DNA of 64,000 bases from an uncultured Candidatus Saccharibacteria bacterium (GCA_964651115.1 CAZYXJ010000001.1:380243-444242); one strand, 5' to 3'. Shown: positions 16,663-27,378, counted from the first letter of the stretch. Notes: generated by a model from the letters alone, not told the origin. A program made the numbers and translations.

Positions 16663-17520
16663 GTGAAGAGAAAAATATTTATTTTCGCGCTTGTCGCGAT
16701 TCTTGTTGTAGGTGGAGGAGTGATTTTCTTGTGGGTACTAGGAAACAAAACTCTCCAAGACCAAGAGCTCGCGGCTCAAGGTTTTAAAAAAATTGATCAG
16801 CCAGACTCAGACGGGGATAGTCTGGCTGATTGGGAAGAAGAATTGTGGGAAACCGATCCACAAAAACCCGACACCGATGGCGACGGCGCCAGCGACGGAG
16901 AAGAAATTAAAGCCCGTCGCGACCCGCGACGGGCTGGACCAGGTGACGAGATACAGACCGCAAAAGATAATTTAAATATTTTAATTTATCAGGCGCTTAA
17001 ATCTAAGGATAATGGATTAATTATCCCCGAGACACCACTAGCATCCCCATCAGTAAAACAAGTAAAAGTTACAACAACAAACGAACGAACTGCCGAGGAA
17101 GCAATTCAATACGCGAGGAAGTTCGTGGCCGCCACTGCCCCCTACTTGCAATACTCCGGACCCAACCCCGAAAAATCGCTGCTAGAAAAAATCGACAACG
17201 AGAAATCCTCAGCCACAGAAAACCTGACCAATTACGGTTACATGCTCGAGGGGGTGACCCAATCACTTGAAGACATAAGCACCCCAGAAGAAGTTAGTTC
17301 TCATCACATTAAACTAATAACTCAAATAAAAAAAATGGCTGTTTTAGTTCAAAATATGCTTGAAGCCGAAAAACAACCAATTATCGCCCTGCAAGCTGGC
17401 CAACAATTTCCGATTGAGCGAGCATACGTTAGCCAAGCAATTTTAGATATAAACCAATATCTGATTAGATATGGCGTTTCGTTAACACCGGAAATGCTTA
17501 GTGGGATTCTTCGATTTTAA
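16663..17520 (+). CDS. membrane-anchored protein with thrombospondin-type-3-like Ca-binding Asp repeats
   Basis: N-terminal TM; DSDGDSLADWEEE and DTDGDGASDGEE (DxDxDG) motifs; first gene of the T4SS-like cluster. Confidence 0.45.
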   Translation: MKRKIFIFALVAILVVGGGVIFLWVLGNKTLQDQELAAQGFKKIDQPDSDGDSLADWEEELWETDPQKPDTDGDGASDGEEIKARRDPRRAGPGDEIQTAKDNLNILIYQALKSKDNGLIIPETPLASPSVKQVKVTTTNERTAEEAIQYARKFVAATAPYLQYSGPNPEKSLLEKIDNEKSSATENLTNYGYMLEGVTQSLEDISTPEEVSSHHIKLITQIKKMAVLVQNMLEAEKQPIIALQAGQQFPIERAYVSQAILDINQYLIRYGVSLTPEMLSGILRF

Positions 17521-17523
17521 AAC

Positions 17524-20500
17524 ATGAAACTCGGATCAAATATAAAAAAAGCTAGCTCCGGAATGATATTTATTTGGATAATTTCCTGTTTGATTTTTGT
17601 GCCCATAATGGCCGCGGCTCAAAATAAGACCAGTGTTGACCAGCGACGTCAGCAAGATAGCCAAATTTGCCAAGCGGAAGCAGAGAATAACAGAAACTTT
17701 AACTCACTCCCTGGGGGACGTAAGCTGGCTGATTCTTTGGCCCTAGGACTAGCCGAAGGTTTTAATACGGTTTTGAAAAATACCCTAGAGACCAAGGTTC
17801 CCGCCATCATGTCGAGGCAGATCAGCCAAAAATTACCTGCTCTCATAAACGGAAACCTCCAGCGCCAACTTGCCCCCGCCATCAACAATCAAATTAGAAC
17901 AATGAGAAGCCGGGGGCTTTCTGACATTCAAATAAAACAAGAGTTGCAATCAATCATCGCTCAGGCAATTGAGGCCATCGTATCTGAAACAATCAACGCC
18001 CACGCGGGAACACTAACTCAGCAAGGGATCCAAACTGCTTTGCCACAAGAGCTAGCACGCCAAATGGGTGATCAAGTGCCAAGTATTTTGGAAGCTAGTG
18101 GATTTAATCGCCAGACTCAAGAGATGGTCGATCAACTAGTAAATCCAATTAACCAGCTTTTGCCCCTCGTTATCCAATTAATGACTCAGGTTCAAAATGT
18201 TGGCGACGTTCAACAAATTATTCAACAAATTTTCGCCCAAGCGGTACAAAAAATTATTACAGATGCAATAAGTAGCAAGAACCCAGAAATCGGCCCCCTA
18301 CTTGGATCAGAAATCACTATCTCCGACGCCGATCGTAAATTAATCGCGGAAAAAATTTCAACCGGAGTCGCCAGCACCACTCAGCAAACCCTTTATAAAT
18401 CAAGGAATTTAGTTAACCTGTCCAATGAAGTATCCCGACGCTATGCCTCACAACTGACCCCCTTATTAATCTCTCAACTCACCCCCCAAATATCTCAAGC
18501 CTTTAGAAATGGCCCCACCGGATCCTCATTAAACAACTCAATTAACAACATTCTAACGGGACCAGGGTTCGACTTGTCGCGCGGCATGTCTGGGGATTTT
18601 CTAATGCCGATAATGAACTCAATCGAAAAACCCCTGGCCGACGTTGTTCAAACCCAAGTAGCGTCGTGGACAAACAGCCTCCAAAGTCTTGAGCAAACAA
18701 ATCCTGCTTTGTTCGAAAGTTTAACTTTCGAACAATCCGATCTTTTGGGTGAATCGGCAACACTAGATGCGGAATTTGCTGATCGAGGAATGGGCGGTAG
18801 TTATGGTGGCGTAGAAAATGGCAACCAAGCGGCGGCCGAGGCTACAGTAACCGACCCGGAATTTGCTGATCGAGGAGTAGGTAATGTGGCCGCGGTAAGC
18901 GACGAAGCTGCTCAGGCCGTTAAAGGCAACGGATCAGAAATAACTTCAAACGCCCTAAGCGGAATGGGTTCAAAAATAAGTGATGCTTTTAAGGGTAGTC
19001 TCGCTAACGGTTTGGCGGGGGGTCTAGCTGGTCTGGTGGATAATGTGCCAGTGGTTGGTGGGCTACTCTCTGGTGTTGTTCGCCAAGTCACCCTACAAGC
19101 CATGCAACAAGTATTGGGGGTCGGTGTGGGTGCTGGAGTAGGCGGAGGAGCCACTGGTGGCGGTGGCGGTGGAATCCAGGGCGAAGCTAAAACCGGTTTA
19201 AAACTTGGCACGACTGTAGGCATACTACCCGTTAGTAGTCATCAATTTGCTGGCATGAGCCTGCTTCTCGACGCCATCTTTAACTTCTTGCACTTAGGAC
19301 TTACGGCCTCCAATGTAAACACCGGCGGTATTTTGGGTAACACTTCAACCAGCAATCAAAACGAAAAACAACAAATAACCATCGGTCAAGAAACTCAAGC
19401 TCTAGTAACCCAAATGTGCACTCTAGAAAAGCAGCTCAAAGGATCTCTTTACAACATGGAGGACGTTTTAACTAAACACAACCCAAACGCCAACAAATCA
19501 TCGCTCTTAAAACTCGTTGGAATGCTCAAAGGAGGGACAACCTACTTCTCCCAGTATTACGATGATGGTAGCAAAGGAGGAGTGGCCGCGGGCGACGGGA
19601 CCACTACGCGCAGTGGTCAATCGGGAGTGGCCCAGTTAGATAAAAACATCAAACAGGCCGGGCAAGATGAGAGCAACCTAGTCTTAACCACTGCCCAAAC
19701 CAGCCAAAATCCCCTGACCCAGGAGGCGATAGAACTATACCGCAGCAGTCGCGCGGATGAAAACGTCTTTGCTAGTTGGATCGCGCCCGAAGATTGTTCC
19801 AAGCTAAATAACCCAGGGTCACTTTCTTCTCAAGAAGCGTCTGACCTGGCGGTCGAATGTTCTAAACCAGCCAATAACAAGTTCGGACTGTTTACTCAAG
19901 TGAGACAGGGCGCCCTATCGGCGGAGGCGCGAGGCCAAGAAGATGCCCAAACCAAGTTTGTCGCCTATAGCGGAGTCAACGAAAAGAGATACTGCTCCGG
20001 AGGCTGGACCACCGACCCACTTGAAGCCGATCTGAGCGATTTAACACTACCTGGCGAAAACGGTGACATCCTTGGACAAACGCCAATTGGCGCACCACGG
20101 CAATATTGTAAAGAATGGACAACTCTAACCCCCGGATCAATCAACTATCTGTACATGTTTGAATTAATCGCTTCGATAATAAGAAAAATCGGCTCGGCTG
20201 ATTCCGTGGGAGAAGATGTGGCCAATAACTATGCGGTAGTACCAGAACGAATAGTGCAAAACCTGTCCACCAAACCAGAGGAGCAATTGTTTGACCCAAA
20301 TGATGATCCCTGCCCGGGAACAGATCCCTGCCCGGGAACTGGTTGGAATAAAAAACAGGTTTCTGAAGGATCAGCCCTGGAAGAGGCCTTCTCTCAAGGA
20401 CTCGATGAAGGTCTAGCAAACACCGTAGATAATCTTTCTAATGTTTTTGACACTATCAGCTACGACGCAATTAATTCTCCCACTAGTGGCACTGTTTTCC

Positions 20501-20880
20501 CCGCCAACCCCCTTGACTTCTCTCTACCCGCCATCGACTTTAACCAACTATTTCAAAATCAGTTGGCGGTGCAGCCGGCTTTGGCCGCCCCCGGCATCAG
20601 CATTCAACAAGCCACTACCGACAGCACCCCCGGCATTAAACAATCGAGAGTCTCGTGGAAGACCACCGGCGCCGTAACTTGTTTTGCCTCCACGGATTGG
20701 CTAAGCGGCACTTGGCCCGGCGACATTAGCACCACCACCGCTGGCAGTCTACTGGAGACGGTGGGGGAAATAACCCTCAACTACCCAGCCACCACCACAA
20801 CAGACCTGACTTACGGCTTAAACTGCTATAACTCCCAAGGCGTGAGCAGTCAGACGGAAGTTAAAGTAACCAATGAATAA
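17524..20880 (+). CDS. large (1118 aa) secreted/surface low-complexity protein of the T4SS-like cluster
   Basis: N-terminal TM; Q-, S- and G-rich regions (GGGATGGGGGG); internal tandem repeats (EFADRG x2, DPCPGT x2); no enzymatic motif recognised. Confidence 0.5.
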   Translation: MKLGSNIKKASSGMIFIWIISCLIFVPIMAAAQNKTSVDQRRQQDSQICQAEAENNRNFNSLPGGRKLADSLALGLAEGFNTVLKNTLETKVPAIMSRQISQKLPALINGNLQRQLAPAINNQIRTMRSRGLSDIQIKQELQSIIAQAIEAIVSETINAHAGTLTQQGIQTALPQELARQMGDQVPSILEASGFNRQTQEMVDQLVNPINQLLPLVIQLMTQVQNVGDVQQIIQQIFAQAVQKIITDAISSKNPEIGPLLGSEITISDADRKLIAEKISTGVASTTQQTLYKSRNLVNLSNEVSRRYASQLTPLLISQLTPQISQAFRNGPTGSSLNNSINNILTGPGFDLSRGMSGDFLMPIMNSIEKPLADVVQTQVASWTNSLQSLEQTNPALFESLTFEQSDLLGESATLDAEFADRGMGGSYGGVENGNQAAAEATVTDPEFADRGVGNVAAVSDEAAQAVKGNGSEITSNALSGMGSKISDAFKGSLANGLAGGLAGLVDNVPVVGGLLSGVVRQVTLQAMQQVLGVGVGAGVGGGATGGGGGGIQGEAKTGLKLGTTVGILPVSSHQFAGMSLLLDAIFNFLHLGLTASNVNTGGILGNTSTSNQNEKQQITIGQETQALVTQMCTLEKQLKGSLYNMEDVLTKHNPNANKSSLLKLVGMLKGGTTYFSQYYDDGSKGGVAAGDGTTTRSGQSGVAQLDKNIKQAGQDESNLVLTTAQTSQNPLTQEAIELYRSSRADENVFASWIAPEDCSKLNNPGSLSSQEASDLAVECSKPANNKFGLFTQVRQGALSAEARGQEDAQTKFVAYSGVNEKRYCSGGWTTDPLEADLSDLTLPGENGDILGQTPIGAPRQYCKEWTTLTPGSINYLYMFELIASIIRKIGSADSVGEDVANNYAVVPERIVQNLSTKPEEQLFDPNDDPCPGTDPCPGTGWNKKQVSEGSALEEAFSQGLDEGLANTVDNLSNVFDTISYDAINSPTSGTVFPANPLDFSLPAIDFNQLFQNQLAVQPALAAPGISIQQATTDSTPGIKQSRVSWKTTGAVTCFASTDWLSGTWPGDISTTTAGSLLETVGEITLNYPATTTTDLTYGLNCYNSQGVSSQTEVKVTNE

Positions 20881-23383
20881 CTGGCTTAAAAACCTATTGC
20901 TTCTTTCCCTCATCCTGCTCAGTACTGGGTGGGGAAGTAAAGCATGGGCAATCAGCGATAGCTATGACAACATAGGCAATCCGACCACGACCCTCGCTGA
21001 AGCAAAAAATGAAAAACCCACTGCCGAGGGTTACTCACCCAAGGCCTGGGCACTAGCAAATCAGCTAGAGAGCGTGGATAATCAAATCAAAACGAACCCT
21101 CCACCAGCCAATCTAGCCGAGCTCTCCTCACTGAAAGAAAATCTGCTTCTGGAATATAGCTGCTACAAAAGTGGCGTCTGCCACGATGGCGCTCCGTGGA
21201 TCCCAATGTCTATTTACGGCACAGATGCAGATGCCTACAATTTCGCTCGTCTGCAAGCCATACAAAGGCATTGGTCCGGAAATTCTGGAATAAACCAATC
21301 CAATACCAAAGCATATGAAGAGGCTCGCCAAGCGATGTCTCGACGCATGGCCGATCTCCAAACCGAGCTGGCCAAGGACCCCGAGAGAAAAGCGCTCGGC
21401 GATGAAGCTTCTAAACAATTCTACAACCAAGACATCAGAAAAGACATCGAGCAGAGGCGCAATTGTGGCCTGTGGAATTGGGGTCCATGTTTTGTTGACG
21501 CCGTAAACTACCTCACTCAAACGATTATCAAACCAGTAGGAGAAAAGCTAGTAAAAGGGGCTAATTATCTGTTTAACGCTTCTTTCCAGTTTTCCGTCCG
21601 AGACTTCTCAACCTACGCCTCCAAACAATCGATTAAAGACGGTTGGACAATTGTACGAGACCTCACTAATATCGGCTTTATTTTCGCTCTACTATATGCC
21701 GCCACCTCGATTATCCTCCAACTGAAAAGCGTTGACGGCAAACGAATGATCGGAATGATCGTCGTCGGAGCACTTTTGGTAAACTTTAGTGCCTTCTTTG
21801 TGGGCATAGTCATTAACGCCAGCAACGTCTTGGCTAATCAAATCTATCTCGCCGCGGCGGGGGATGAACTACTTGATGGAACACCAGATTTGGCCGGTAA
21901 AATAATTAAATACCGAAACACTGTCGGGAACGGCTCTCAAACCACGCTAGCCCCCGATCAAACTTCGACTGACGCTCTATCGGCTTCGATTATGAATGGT
22001 TTAGGCTCCGCAACCCTCGCCATCGTCACCGCCGTCGTGCTATTAGCCGGAGCCCTAATGATGCTTACTCGTTTTTTGAAGCTTCTCCTGGTTATCGTTT
22101 TCTCTCCTATCCTTTTTCTAGGACTAGGTCTTCCACTAGCTCGTTCCTGGGGCGGCGAATGGGTGAAAAAAACTCTGTTCTCAGAAGCCTTCTTCGCCCC
22201 CGCCTACCTACTAATGCTGTTAGTGGCTTCTAAATTTATTGCCGTGGCCGAATTTAATCTTCCGGGCAAACCATCTAGCTTTGTTAACGCCGTTTTCTAT
22301 AATTTTATTACCGTTGGCCTAATGGTTGGGTCACTGCTGATCGCGCAGTTCGTGGGCCATTCTTCCGGTGGTTACGTTGCCAATAAACTTAAGCAGTATG
22401 GGCGCAGTTTAGGCCTGGGCCTAGCTGGAGCTAGCACCTTTGGCGCGGCTGGACGCTTAGGCCGATCAATTATCGGACGGGCGGCCAAAAACGAGCTCGA
22501 AGATCCAAGAACCCTAAATCGGTCTAATCAGCGCGGGGTTAGCGGCTGGCTAGCAAAACAAACTCTTAAGGTGGCCGACTTCGCTTCCAAATCTAGTTTT
22601 GACGCTCGCGGCTTAGATTCAGTTAAAAAATTAGGCCTTGGTGAGGGCCAAAAAGGTGGCTACGTGGGTGACATCAAACGCAAGGCGGAGGCCGCCGGAA
22701 AAATCGCTAAGCTTATAGGCGCTAAAGACAGCGAGGGGAGCGAAGTTAGCGCCAGAGAACAAGCTCGCATCGACGATAAAAAACTCGAAGCACGAACTCG
22801 CGCTGACGAGATCCAGGCGCAAGCCAAATCGGCCCAGGATGCGGCAACCACTAGCGCTCAAGCAGAAATTAACGCCAAAAAAGCTGAACAAGCACGAGAA
22901 ATCGATCGCATCGGTCAAGAAGCTAACGCGCAACTACAAAGTAACGGAGCCAAACCAGAAGAAGTTAAGGCGGAGCGAGAAAGAAAGGAGGAAGAGGTTC
23001 GCCAGCGCATTGAAGCGCAAATTAAGGAAGTCGAACGAAAGCGCGATGAAAGCATTAGCAAAGCTAGTAGCCAAATTAAAGAGGCAGAAAAATTACGCAC
23101 CGCGGCCGAAAAGCTCCAGCCCCGAAAACGTGTCCAAGAACTGGCCGATCAATACGATGACGCCGGCGGAAAAGAGCCTCAATCTTGGTACCGCTTTAAT
23201 CGTTGGCGCGGCAAGGTGACCCGCACGCGCAAAGCTCAAGCCGCCGCCATTCGAGAAAGCGCTAAATCCAAAAAGGAGAAGTACCAAGAGAACTTAGCCA
23301 AGCTTCTAGAAAAAGCAGAGAAAGAAGAAGGGGAGACGAATGCCGAAAAGACGCCCAATGAACCACCTAAACCAACTGCCTAA
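20873..23383 (+). CDS. VirB6/TrbL-like polytopic membrane protein (TcpH-like) with long charged coiled-coil C-terminal tail
   Basis: Signal peptide, then at least 6 hydrophobic helices across residues ~250-500, then a K/E/A-rich tail. Size and architecture match Gram-positive VirB6 homologues (~830 aa). Confidence 0.5.
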   Translation: MNNWLKNLLLLSLILLSTGWGSKAWAISDSYDNIGNPTTTLAEAKNEKPTAEGYSPKAWALANQLESVDNQIKTNPPPANLAELSSLKENLLLEYSCYKSGVCHDGAPWIPMSIYGTDADAYNFARLQAIQRHWSGNSGINQSNTKAYEEARQAMSRRMADLQTELAKDPERKALGDEASKQFYNQDIRKDIEQRRNCGLWNWGPCFVDAVNYLTQTIIKPVGEKLVKGANYLFNASFQFSVRDFSTYASKQSIKDGWTIVRDLTNIGFIFALLYAATSIILQLKSVDGKRMIGMIVVGALLVNFSAFFVGIVINASNVLANQIYLAAAGDELLDGTPDLAGKIIKYRNTVGNGSQTTLAPDQTSTDALSASIMNGLGSATLAIVTAVVLLAGALMMLTRFLKLLLVIVFSPILFLGLGLPLARSWGGEWVKKTLFSEAFFAPAYLLMLLVASKFIAVAEFNLPGKPSSFVNAVFYNFITVGLMVGSLLIAQFVGHSSGGYVANKLKQYGRSLGLGLAGASTFGAAGRLGRSIIGRAAKNELEDPRTLNRSNQRGVSGWLAKQTLKVADFASKSSFDARGLDSVKKLGLGEGQKGGYVGDIKRKAEAAGKIAKLIGAKDSEGSEVSAREQARIDDKKLEARTRADEIQAQAKSAQDAATTSAQAEINAKKAEQAREIDRIGQEANAQLQSNGAKPEEVKAERERKEEEVRQRIEAQIKEVERKRDESISKASSQIKEAEKLRTAAEKLQPRKRVQELADQYDDAGGKEPQSWYRFNRWRGKVTRTRKAQAAAIRESAKSKKEKYQENLAKLLEKAEKEEGETNAEKTPNEPPKPTA

Positions 23384-23386
23384 TTT

Positions 23387-24166
23387 ATGACAACGCAACC
23401 CTTAACTGATCGCCTAAAAGAACTCCCAGCCGACTGGCAAGCTGACCTCCAGCGGCTCAATTTACCCGAGGTTGTCAAAAAGCTAGCTGCTGATTACAAG
23501 TTATCGCGTGAGCAAGAAGAACAACTAGAAGCCGAAACCGTTCTGGTGGCCATCGGTTTGGAGTTACGAACCGACCTAACCGCTAATCTAACCGCGGCTC
23601 TACACAGTGATTCGGCCGCGATCATCTCAATTAAAGATCGTTTAGAACGAGATGTTTTTAACCCCTTAGCCAAACACCTCGACCAAGCGGAAAAAGAAAT
23701 CAAGGCCGCGGAAGCGGAGGAGCGGGAAAAATACAAACACTTGCCCCTCGAACTCCAAAAAGTAATTCTCGACGCCCGAACCGAAGAGATCTTAGCCGCC
23801 CTTAGCGACAAGTACCAACTCCACATTGACCAAGCTGGTGCCCTGTACGACGTTACCGATCAGGTTTTAATGGGTAAAATTAAGTCCCGGGACTTTGTTG
23901 CCGAACTCGTTCGGACCTCCTCGATGAGTACCGATCTCGCTAGCAAAATAGCCGCGGATCTTAATCAGCAATTATTCCAGCCAGTCCAAAACACTCTCCG
24001 AACACTGGAAAGTCAGCCGCCAACCGTCTTCGAAGCCAAGTTAAAAGGGCTCTGGAGCGGCAATCAAAATCAAAGTTCGAACGAAATTTTGATCAAACCC
24101 CAACCCGCCACTACCGCCACCACACCCACCAAAGTTGCCGATCCCTACTTAGAACCCTTAGAATAA
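23387..24166 (+). CDS. hypothetical acidic soluble protein (T4SS-like cluster)
   Basis: No TM and no recognisable motifs; tightly packed between the VirB6-like and VirB3-like genes. Confidence 0.4.
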   Translation: MTTQPLTDRLKELPADWQADLQRLNLPEVVKKLAADYKLSREQEEQLEAETVLVAIGLELRTDLTANLTAALHSDSAAIISIKDRLERDVFNPLAKHLDQAEKEIKAAEAEEREKYKHLPLELQKVILDARTEEILAALSDKYQLHIDQAGALYDVTDQVLMGKIKSRDFVAELVRTSSMSTDLASKIAADLNQQLFQPVQNTLRTLESQPPTVFEAKLKGLWSGNQNQSSNEILIKPQPATTATTPTKVADPYLEPLE

Positions 24167-24170
24167 AGAC

Positions 24171-24572
24171 ATGAACTTCCAAGTACCCCAATTTATCGAG
24201 GTCGAAGACAAAATTTTCGGCCCCTTTACCTTTAAACAATTCGTCTACTTGGCTGGTTCGGCTGGTGCCGCTTTTCTGATTTGGGTTTATATCCCGGTTC
24301 GCTTTGTTGCCTTAATTTTCGTCATTCCGGTTTTGATCTTAGGGCTCTTGCTAACCTTTTACCGAGTTAATAATCGCCCATTTGTTTCTATTTTGGAGGC
24401 CGCGGCCCGCTACGCTCTAACTCACAAACTTTATATCTGGCAAAGATCTAGTGCTCCCACTAAAACTAACGTCACCGCTCCGACGACCTCGGGTTTAAAA
24501 ATTCCCAAACTCTCTGACAGCAAATTAAAAGACCTCTCCTGGAGTCTAGATGTGAAAGAAAAAATCCAGTAA
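24171..24572 (+). CDS. PrgI/VirB3-like small two-TM protein
   Basis: EDKIFGPFTFKQFVYLAGSAGAAFLIW + second TM; immediately upstream of VirB4 as in MPF_FA systems. Confidence 0.5.
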   Translation: MNFQVPQFIEVEDKIFGPFTFKQFVYLAGSAGAAFLIWVYIPVRFVALIFVIPVLILGLLLTFYRVNNRPFVSILEAAARYALTHKLYIWQRSSAPTKTNVTAPTTSGLKIPKLSDSKLKDLSWSLDVKEKIQ

Positions 24573-24592
24573 CAATGGTACACTAATAGGCA

Positions 24593-25240
24593 ATGGCCGC
24601 TGACACTAAAGCCAAAGCTTCGCAAGAATTTATTCCGATTCAAGAAATTCGGGATGGGGTAGTCATCCTTAAAGATGGGGGAATGCGTTTAGGTTTGATC
24701 GTCTCCTCGATTAACTTTGCGCTCAAATCGGCCGACGAACAAACCGCGATTCTGCTCCAGTTCCAAAACTTTCTTAACTCTCTGGATTTTGACATCCAGC
24801 TGTTTGTAGAATCCCGCAAACTAGACATCATGCCTTACCTCACCACCCTAGAGGAAAGATTGGTGGCTCAAACCAACGATTTGATGAAGGTCCAAACTCG
24901 AGAGTACATCGAATTTATCAAAAAATTTACTGAGACCACCGACATTATGTCGAAGAGTTTTTTCGTGATCGTCCCTTTCAATCCTTCAATCATCAGCAAT
25001 GCCAAATCACAAAGTTTAATTGGCCGATTCTGGCCCGGCGGCCAACCATCACCTAGTGCCGAGCAAGACCAGCTTAATAATTTTGAAGAAAATCGAACTC
25101 AATTAGAACAGCGAGCCGCCGTCGTCGCCGGCGGCCTGGGGGCCGCCGGCCTCCGGGTCTCCCAACTCGGCACCGAGGAATTAGTCGAGTTATACTTTAA
25201 GATGTTTAATCCGGGGGAACGCGAAATCCCTTCGATCTAA
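24593..25240 (+). CDS. VirB4/TrbE-family conjugation ATPase, N-terminal fragment (split gene)
   Basis: IPIQEIRDGVVILKDGGMRLGLIVSSINFALKSADEQTAILLQFQNFLNSL matches the VirB4 N-terminus of Gram-positive systems. Stops at 25238-25240, 4 nt before the next ORF in a different frame. Confidence 0.55.
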   Translation: MAADTKAKASQEFIPIQEIRDGVVILKDGGMRLGLIVSSINFALKSADEQTAILLQFQNFLNSLDFDIQLFVESRKLDIMPYLTTLEERLVAQTNDLMKVQTREYIEFIKKFTETTDIMSKSFFVIVPFNPSIISNAKSQSLIGRFWPGGQPSPSAEQDQLNNFEENRTQLEQRAAVVAGGLGAAGLRVSQLGTEELVELYFKMFNPGEREIPSI

Positions 25241-25244
25241 ATTT

Positions 25245-27080
25245 ATGTCTTTATTTAATTTCGGCAAAAAAACTGAGGCCGCCCCCACACTGACTCCGAT
25301 TCTGCCTCAAGACATTTATCAATTGGGAGTTTTGCAGCTACGCGACGTCATCGCGCCTTCAGCCCTCAAGGTCACGCCCAAGATGCTCCACCTGGGCGAT
25401 CGATTGGCCCGCACTTTTTACGTTATCTCTTACCCGCGATTCCTGTCTGGCGATTGGTTTGCCCCCATCATCAATCTCGACAAAATTTTTGACATTTCGA
25501 TTCATATCCATCCAATCGATAGCGCCTTGGCTCTGCGTCAACTAGAAAAAAAAGTGGCCGAAGTGCAAAGCCAAATCAGTATGAAGGAGGATCGGGGACT
25601 GGTGCGTGACCCGGTGCTCGACACCGCCTACCAAGACATCGAGGACTTACGCGACAGTCTCCAGCAAGCCCGCGAAAAAATCTTCGACGTCGGTATCTAC
25701 ATCACGATTTACGGTGACGGCGAAGAAGATCTCGACCGAGTCGAAACCGAGGTCAAAGGAATTCTCGACGCCAAACTAGTCTATTTAAAGCCCGCGCTCT
25801 TCCAACAAGCGGAAGGCTTTCGCAGCGTTTTACCCACCGCCACCGACGAATTAAACGTCAATTACAAACTCAACTCTTCACCGCTGTCGAGCGTCTTTCC
25901 CTTTGTCTCTTTTGATCTCACCTCCAACCGCGGCATTCTTTATGGCATCAACCGTCACAATTCCAGTCTCGTGCTCTTTGACCGCTTCTCACTCGAAAAC
26001 TACAACTCAGTGATCTTTGCCAAATCTGGTTCCGGTAAATCTTACGCCACCAAACTAGAAATCTTGCGTAGTTTAATGTTTGATACCGACGTTATCGTCA
26101 TTGACCCCGAGCGCGAATACGAATTCCTTGCCGAAGCCGTGGGGGGACGGTACTTTAACATCTCTCTATCTTCCGAACATCACATTAACCCCTTTGATCT
26201 CCCTTTCCCTCGCGAAGATGAGTCACCGGCCGACGTTCTCCGTTCCCACATCATCAATCTCGTCGGACTCTTTCGCCTAATGCTTGGCGGCCTCACCCCC
26301 GAGGAAGATGCCATTATCGACCGCGCCATTACCGAAACTTACGCCCTCAAAGACATCACGGCCGACATTGACTACACCACCAAGCCGGCGCCCCTGCTCT
26401 CCGACTTGGAATTAGTTCTGGCGGGCATGGAGGGCGGGGAGGGCTTGGCGCAACGCTTGCTCAAATACACCCGCGGCACCTGGTCGGGCTTTATCAACAA
26501 ACCGACCAACGTCGACATCAACAAAAAATTTATTGTTTTCTCCGTCCGCGACATGGAGGATGAGTTAAAGCCCGTGGCGATGTACATCGTGATGCACAAT
26601 ATCTGGAACTCCATCCGACGCAATCTTAAAAAGCGCCTGCTGGTAATCGATGAGGCCTGGTGGATGATGAAGTCCAAAGACACGGCCTCCTTCCTCTTCT
26701 CGCTCGTTAAGCGCGGACGCAAATACTATCTTGGCGTCGCGACAATTACCCAGGATGTCGGCGACTTCTTGCGCTCAGAGTACGGCACGCCAATTATTAC
26801 CAACTCTTCGATCCAACTCTTACTCAAGCAATCACCGGCCTCAATTGACCTCGTCCAGCAGACCTTCCAATTAACTGACGAAGAAAAATATTTACTCCTC
26901 GAATCAGCGGTCGGGGAGGGGATCTTTTTCGCCGGGCTAAAGCACGTGGCGATCAAAATCATTTCGTCTTACACCGAAAATCAAATTATCACTTCTGATC
27001 CGTCAGAGATTCTGGCCATCCGCCAAGCCAAAAAAGATCTAGCGGCCCTAAACAACAATGAAAGCGTCCCCGAAAATTAA
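25245..27080 (+). CDS. VirB4/TrbE-family conjugation ATPase, C-terminal portion (Walker A/B)
   Basis: Walker A IFAKSGSGKSYAT; Walker B LLVIDEAWWMM; VATITQDVGDF. Combined length with the upstream ORF is 826 aa, typical of intact VirB4. Confidence 0.75.
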   Translation: MSLFNFGKKTEAAPTLTPILPQDIYQLGVLQLRDVIAPSALKVTPKMLHLGDRLARTFYVISYPRFLSGDWFAPIINLDKIFDISIHIHPIDSALALRQLEKKVAEVQSQISMKEDRGLVRDPVLDTAYQDIEDLRDSLQQAREKIFDVGIYITIYGDGEEDLDRVETEVKGILDAKLVYLKPALFQQAEGFRSVLPTATDELNVNYKLNSSPLSSVFPFVSFDLTSNRGILYGINRHNSSLVLFDRFSLENYNSVIFAKSGSGKSYATKLEILRSLMFDTDVIVIDPEREYEFLAEAVGGRYFNISLSSEHHINPFDLPFPREDESPADVLRSHIINLVGLFRLMLGGLTPEEDAIIDRAITETYALKDITADIDYTTKPAPLLSDLELVLAGMEGGEGLAQRLLKYTRGTWSGFINKPTNVDINKKFIVFSVRDMEDELKPVAMYIVMHNIWNSIRRNLKKRLLVIDEAWWMMKSKDTASFLFSLVKRGRKYYLGVATITQDVGDFLRSEYGTPIITNSSIQLLLKQSPASIDLVQQTFQLTDEEKYLLLESAVGEGIFFAGLKHVAIKIISSYTENQIITSDPSEILAIRQAKKDLAALNNNESVPEN

Positions 27081-27378
27081 TGGTCTAAGCGCCATTGGTT
27101 TAACCGTCGTAGCCTTAGTCTTCGACATCTTAAGTCTCGTTCCTCTCTTAAACATCATTACTGGCTTAGTCGGCTGGTTCATCTTTTCTTTGTGGTTCTT
27201 CTTGCTTGGCTTTGGTTTACTGGAGGGGCGTCGGCTAGTCACTATTATGTCTTCAATGATTATCGAGGTTGTTCCTCTCTTAAGTTGGCTACCCACAATG
27301 ACCATCGGTGTTATCGCGCTCATTCTAATGGTAAACTTAAAGGGTGTCTTACCTCTCCCCAAAGTTAATTCTCGTTAG
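27058..27378 (+). CDS. small polytopic membrane protein (3 TM), T4SS-like cluster
   Basis: Three hydrophobic helices; overlaps the VirB4 stop. Confidence 0.4.
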   Translation: MKASPKINGLSAIGLTVVALVFDILSLVPLLNIITGLVGWFIFSLWFFLLGFGLLEGRRLVTIMSSMIIEVVPLLSWLPTMTIGVIALILMVNLKGVLPLPKVNSR

